A DNA stretch of 64,000 nucleotides, from assembly GCA_036785375.1 (NCBI GenBank), contig JAWMAR010000008.1, forward strand, positions 3,162,001-3,226,000. The letters run 5' to 3'. Position 1 is the first letter of the stretch; every line of letters starts with the position of its first letter. Both the position numbers and the translations under genes were made by a program. This DNA is from Leucoraja ocellata (Eukaryota). This document shows, piece after piece, positions 62,230 to 64,000 of the stretch. Under the pieces are notes generated by a model that saw nothing but the letters and a program-made list of their open reading frames with translations, was not told where the DNA came from and ran no database searches.

Positions 62230-64000
62230 AATGATTGAGCTAGAGAAGTCACCTTTTGAGTGAAGAAGTGTCTCCTTGTCTCAGTCCTATGTGACCTGTC
62301 TCAACCTTAGCCTTCTAGTCTTGGACAATCATGGGAACATCCTTCCTTCAGTTAGTCTGTCAAGTCCTTTAAGAATTTTAGAGGTTTCATTCTTCAAAAC
62401 CATCATCCCTACAACCAGTCTAATGAATTTCTGCTCTATCTTAAGAATCTCCTCTCTGAGGTAAATAAATCAAATCTATACAACACTCCAAAGTGCTGTC
62501 TCATGCAATAAGGCTTCCTTTTTCCTGCAGTCAAACTTTCTTGTAATGAAGCCTAAAGCACTATGTTGTTCTCCTAAGCAAGTGCCGCAAGTTAGCTTTC
62601 AGTAGCTGGTACACGGTCCTTTTGAGGATCAACACAAACCAGGTCGGCACGGTGATGCAGCAGTAGAGTTGCTGCCTTACAGCGCCGGAGACCCGGGTTC
62701 GATCCCGACTACGGGTGCTATCTGTACGGATTTTTCCCTGTGATTGTATGGGTTTTTTCCAAGATCTTTGGTTTCCTCCCACACTCCAAAGACATACAGG
62801 TCTGTAGGTTAATTGGCTTGGTATAAATGTAAATTATCCTTGGCGTGTGTAAAATAGTGTTAATGCGCAGGGATCGATCGTCAGTGCAGACTCGGTGGGA
62901 TGAAGAGCTTGTTTCCACGCTGTTTCTCTAAACTAAATCCAATCCCTCACCTTGTAACAAATACTCCACTTTTCTGTTTTGCGTACCAAAGTGTATGGCC
63001 TCCCATTTTTCCACATTGTGTTAAACCTGCCATATTCTCGCCCACTTCCCCAGCTTGTCCATGTCCCCTTGAAGCATCTTTACATCTTCCTCTGTAGTCA
63101 TAATCCCACCTAGTTTTTTAGTATCATCCGCAAACATTGAAAAATTATATTTCATCCCTTTGGTACAATAATCGTTGCAAAATATTGCCCAAGTACCCTA
63201 TCAGTCGCATCGGAGAAGGGTCCATTTTATTCCCACACTTTTCTCCTTACCCAATGCTCAATTCTCAATCCATGTCGGTATATCGTCCCCAATCCCATGT
63301 GCTTTAACGCTGGTAACCAGCTTACAAATGGGACTCAAAAGGCCTCTAGAAATCTGAATGCACCATTCACTTGTTCCCCGATCTATCTATGAATCATAAA
63401 TTCAAAGAACTCTATCTGATTAGCCAAACATGATTTTCCCTTCATAAATGCGCATTGATTCTGCAAAATCCTATTATCCTTTTCAAGGTGTTCTGTTTTG
63501 CATCCTTATTCCAGCACCTTTGCTATTACAGATGTCAGATAATTTAGTCCCTGATTTTATTCTCTCTGCCTTTAAATAGTGGGGTCCTCTACCCTCAAAA
63601 GCACAGAACAATTCCAAAATCTAATCAACCCTGGAATTTTGATAACCAGAAAATCCACTATTGCTAAAGTTTACCTCTTTCAAAATTATGAGATCATTGG
63701 GTCTTTGGGATTTATCAACTTTCAAACTCACCCACTTCACTAGTACCAGGTTTTGACTAATATCTTGATTCTTTAGTTTTTTGTGCTCTCTACACCCCTG
63801 ATTCCACAATATACTGAGCACATTTTGTGTGTTTGAAGATGGCACATGGTCATTGTTTAATTCCTCTGCTAGTCCTTACTGCTCATTGTAAATTCCCCTG
63901 CCTTTGACTGAAAGGGGATGACATTTGTCCTTGTGAATCTTTTTATTTTACGCATTTCAATACAAGCTCGTGCATTCTGTATTTTGTGTTTCTTGCCAGG
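62230..64000 (-). mobile_element. Old CR1 remnant interrupted by a SINE
   Basis: gtatcatccgcaaa (FADDT), catgattttcccttcataaa and other RT-like phrases on the minus strand. Confidence 0.75.
62645..62938 (+). mobile_element. tRNA-derived SINE, near full length
   Basis: ggcacggtgatgcagcagtagagttgctgcc...ccgggttcgatcccg...ctctaaactaaa. Confidence 0.9.

Overview
Vertebrate genomic DNA, not prokaryotic. The repeat families (HE1/V-type tRNA-derived SINEs, CR1, Rex1, Penelope-type palindromic elements) suggest a cartilaginous fish, probably a skate or ray (inference). The window holds a complete 16-exon LIMK1 gene on the + strand (ATG 7444, stop 50187; 1932-nt CDS, 643 aa; all introns GT-AG). It starts in a CpG island and probably has a ~3.4-kb 3' UTR ending near AATAAA 53621. 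The first ~2.5 kb looks like the 3' UTR of the upstream gene (two miR-29 8-mer sites; ELN by vertebrate synteny, inferred). A second CpG island at ~55 kb holds the likely first coding exon of an unidentified + strand gene. Introns and intergenic DNA carry many transposons: a young CR1 with an uninterrupted RT frame, a hAT MITE, a fold-back Tc1/mariner-type MITE, a composite element with promoter-like motifs, a Vingi-like LINE with a TSD, a fossil Harbinger transposase, and about a dozen short palindromic elements with decayed hammerhead-ribozyme cores. I found no clear novel multi-gene system. The most unusual signals are the hammerhead-bearing hairpin family, the Vingi insertion into one copy, and several TE-derived or tandem signals that could alter LIMK1 processing. 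Exon coordinates were read base by base; coordinates of old repeats are approximate.
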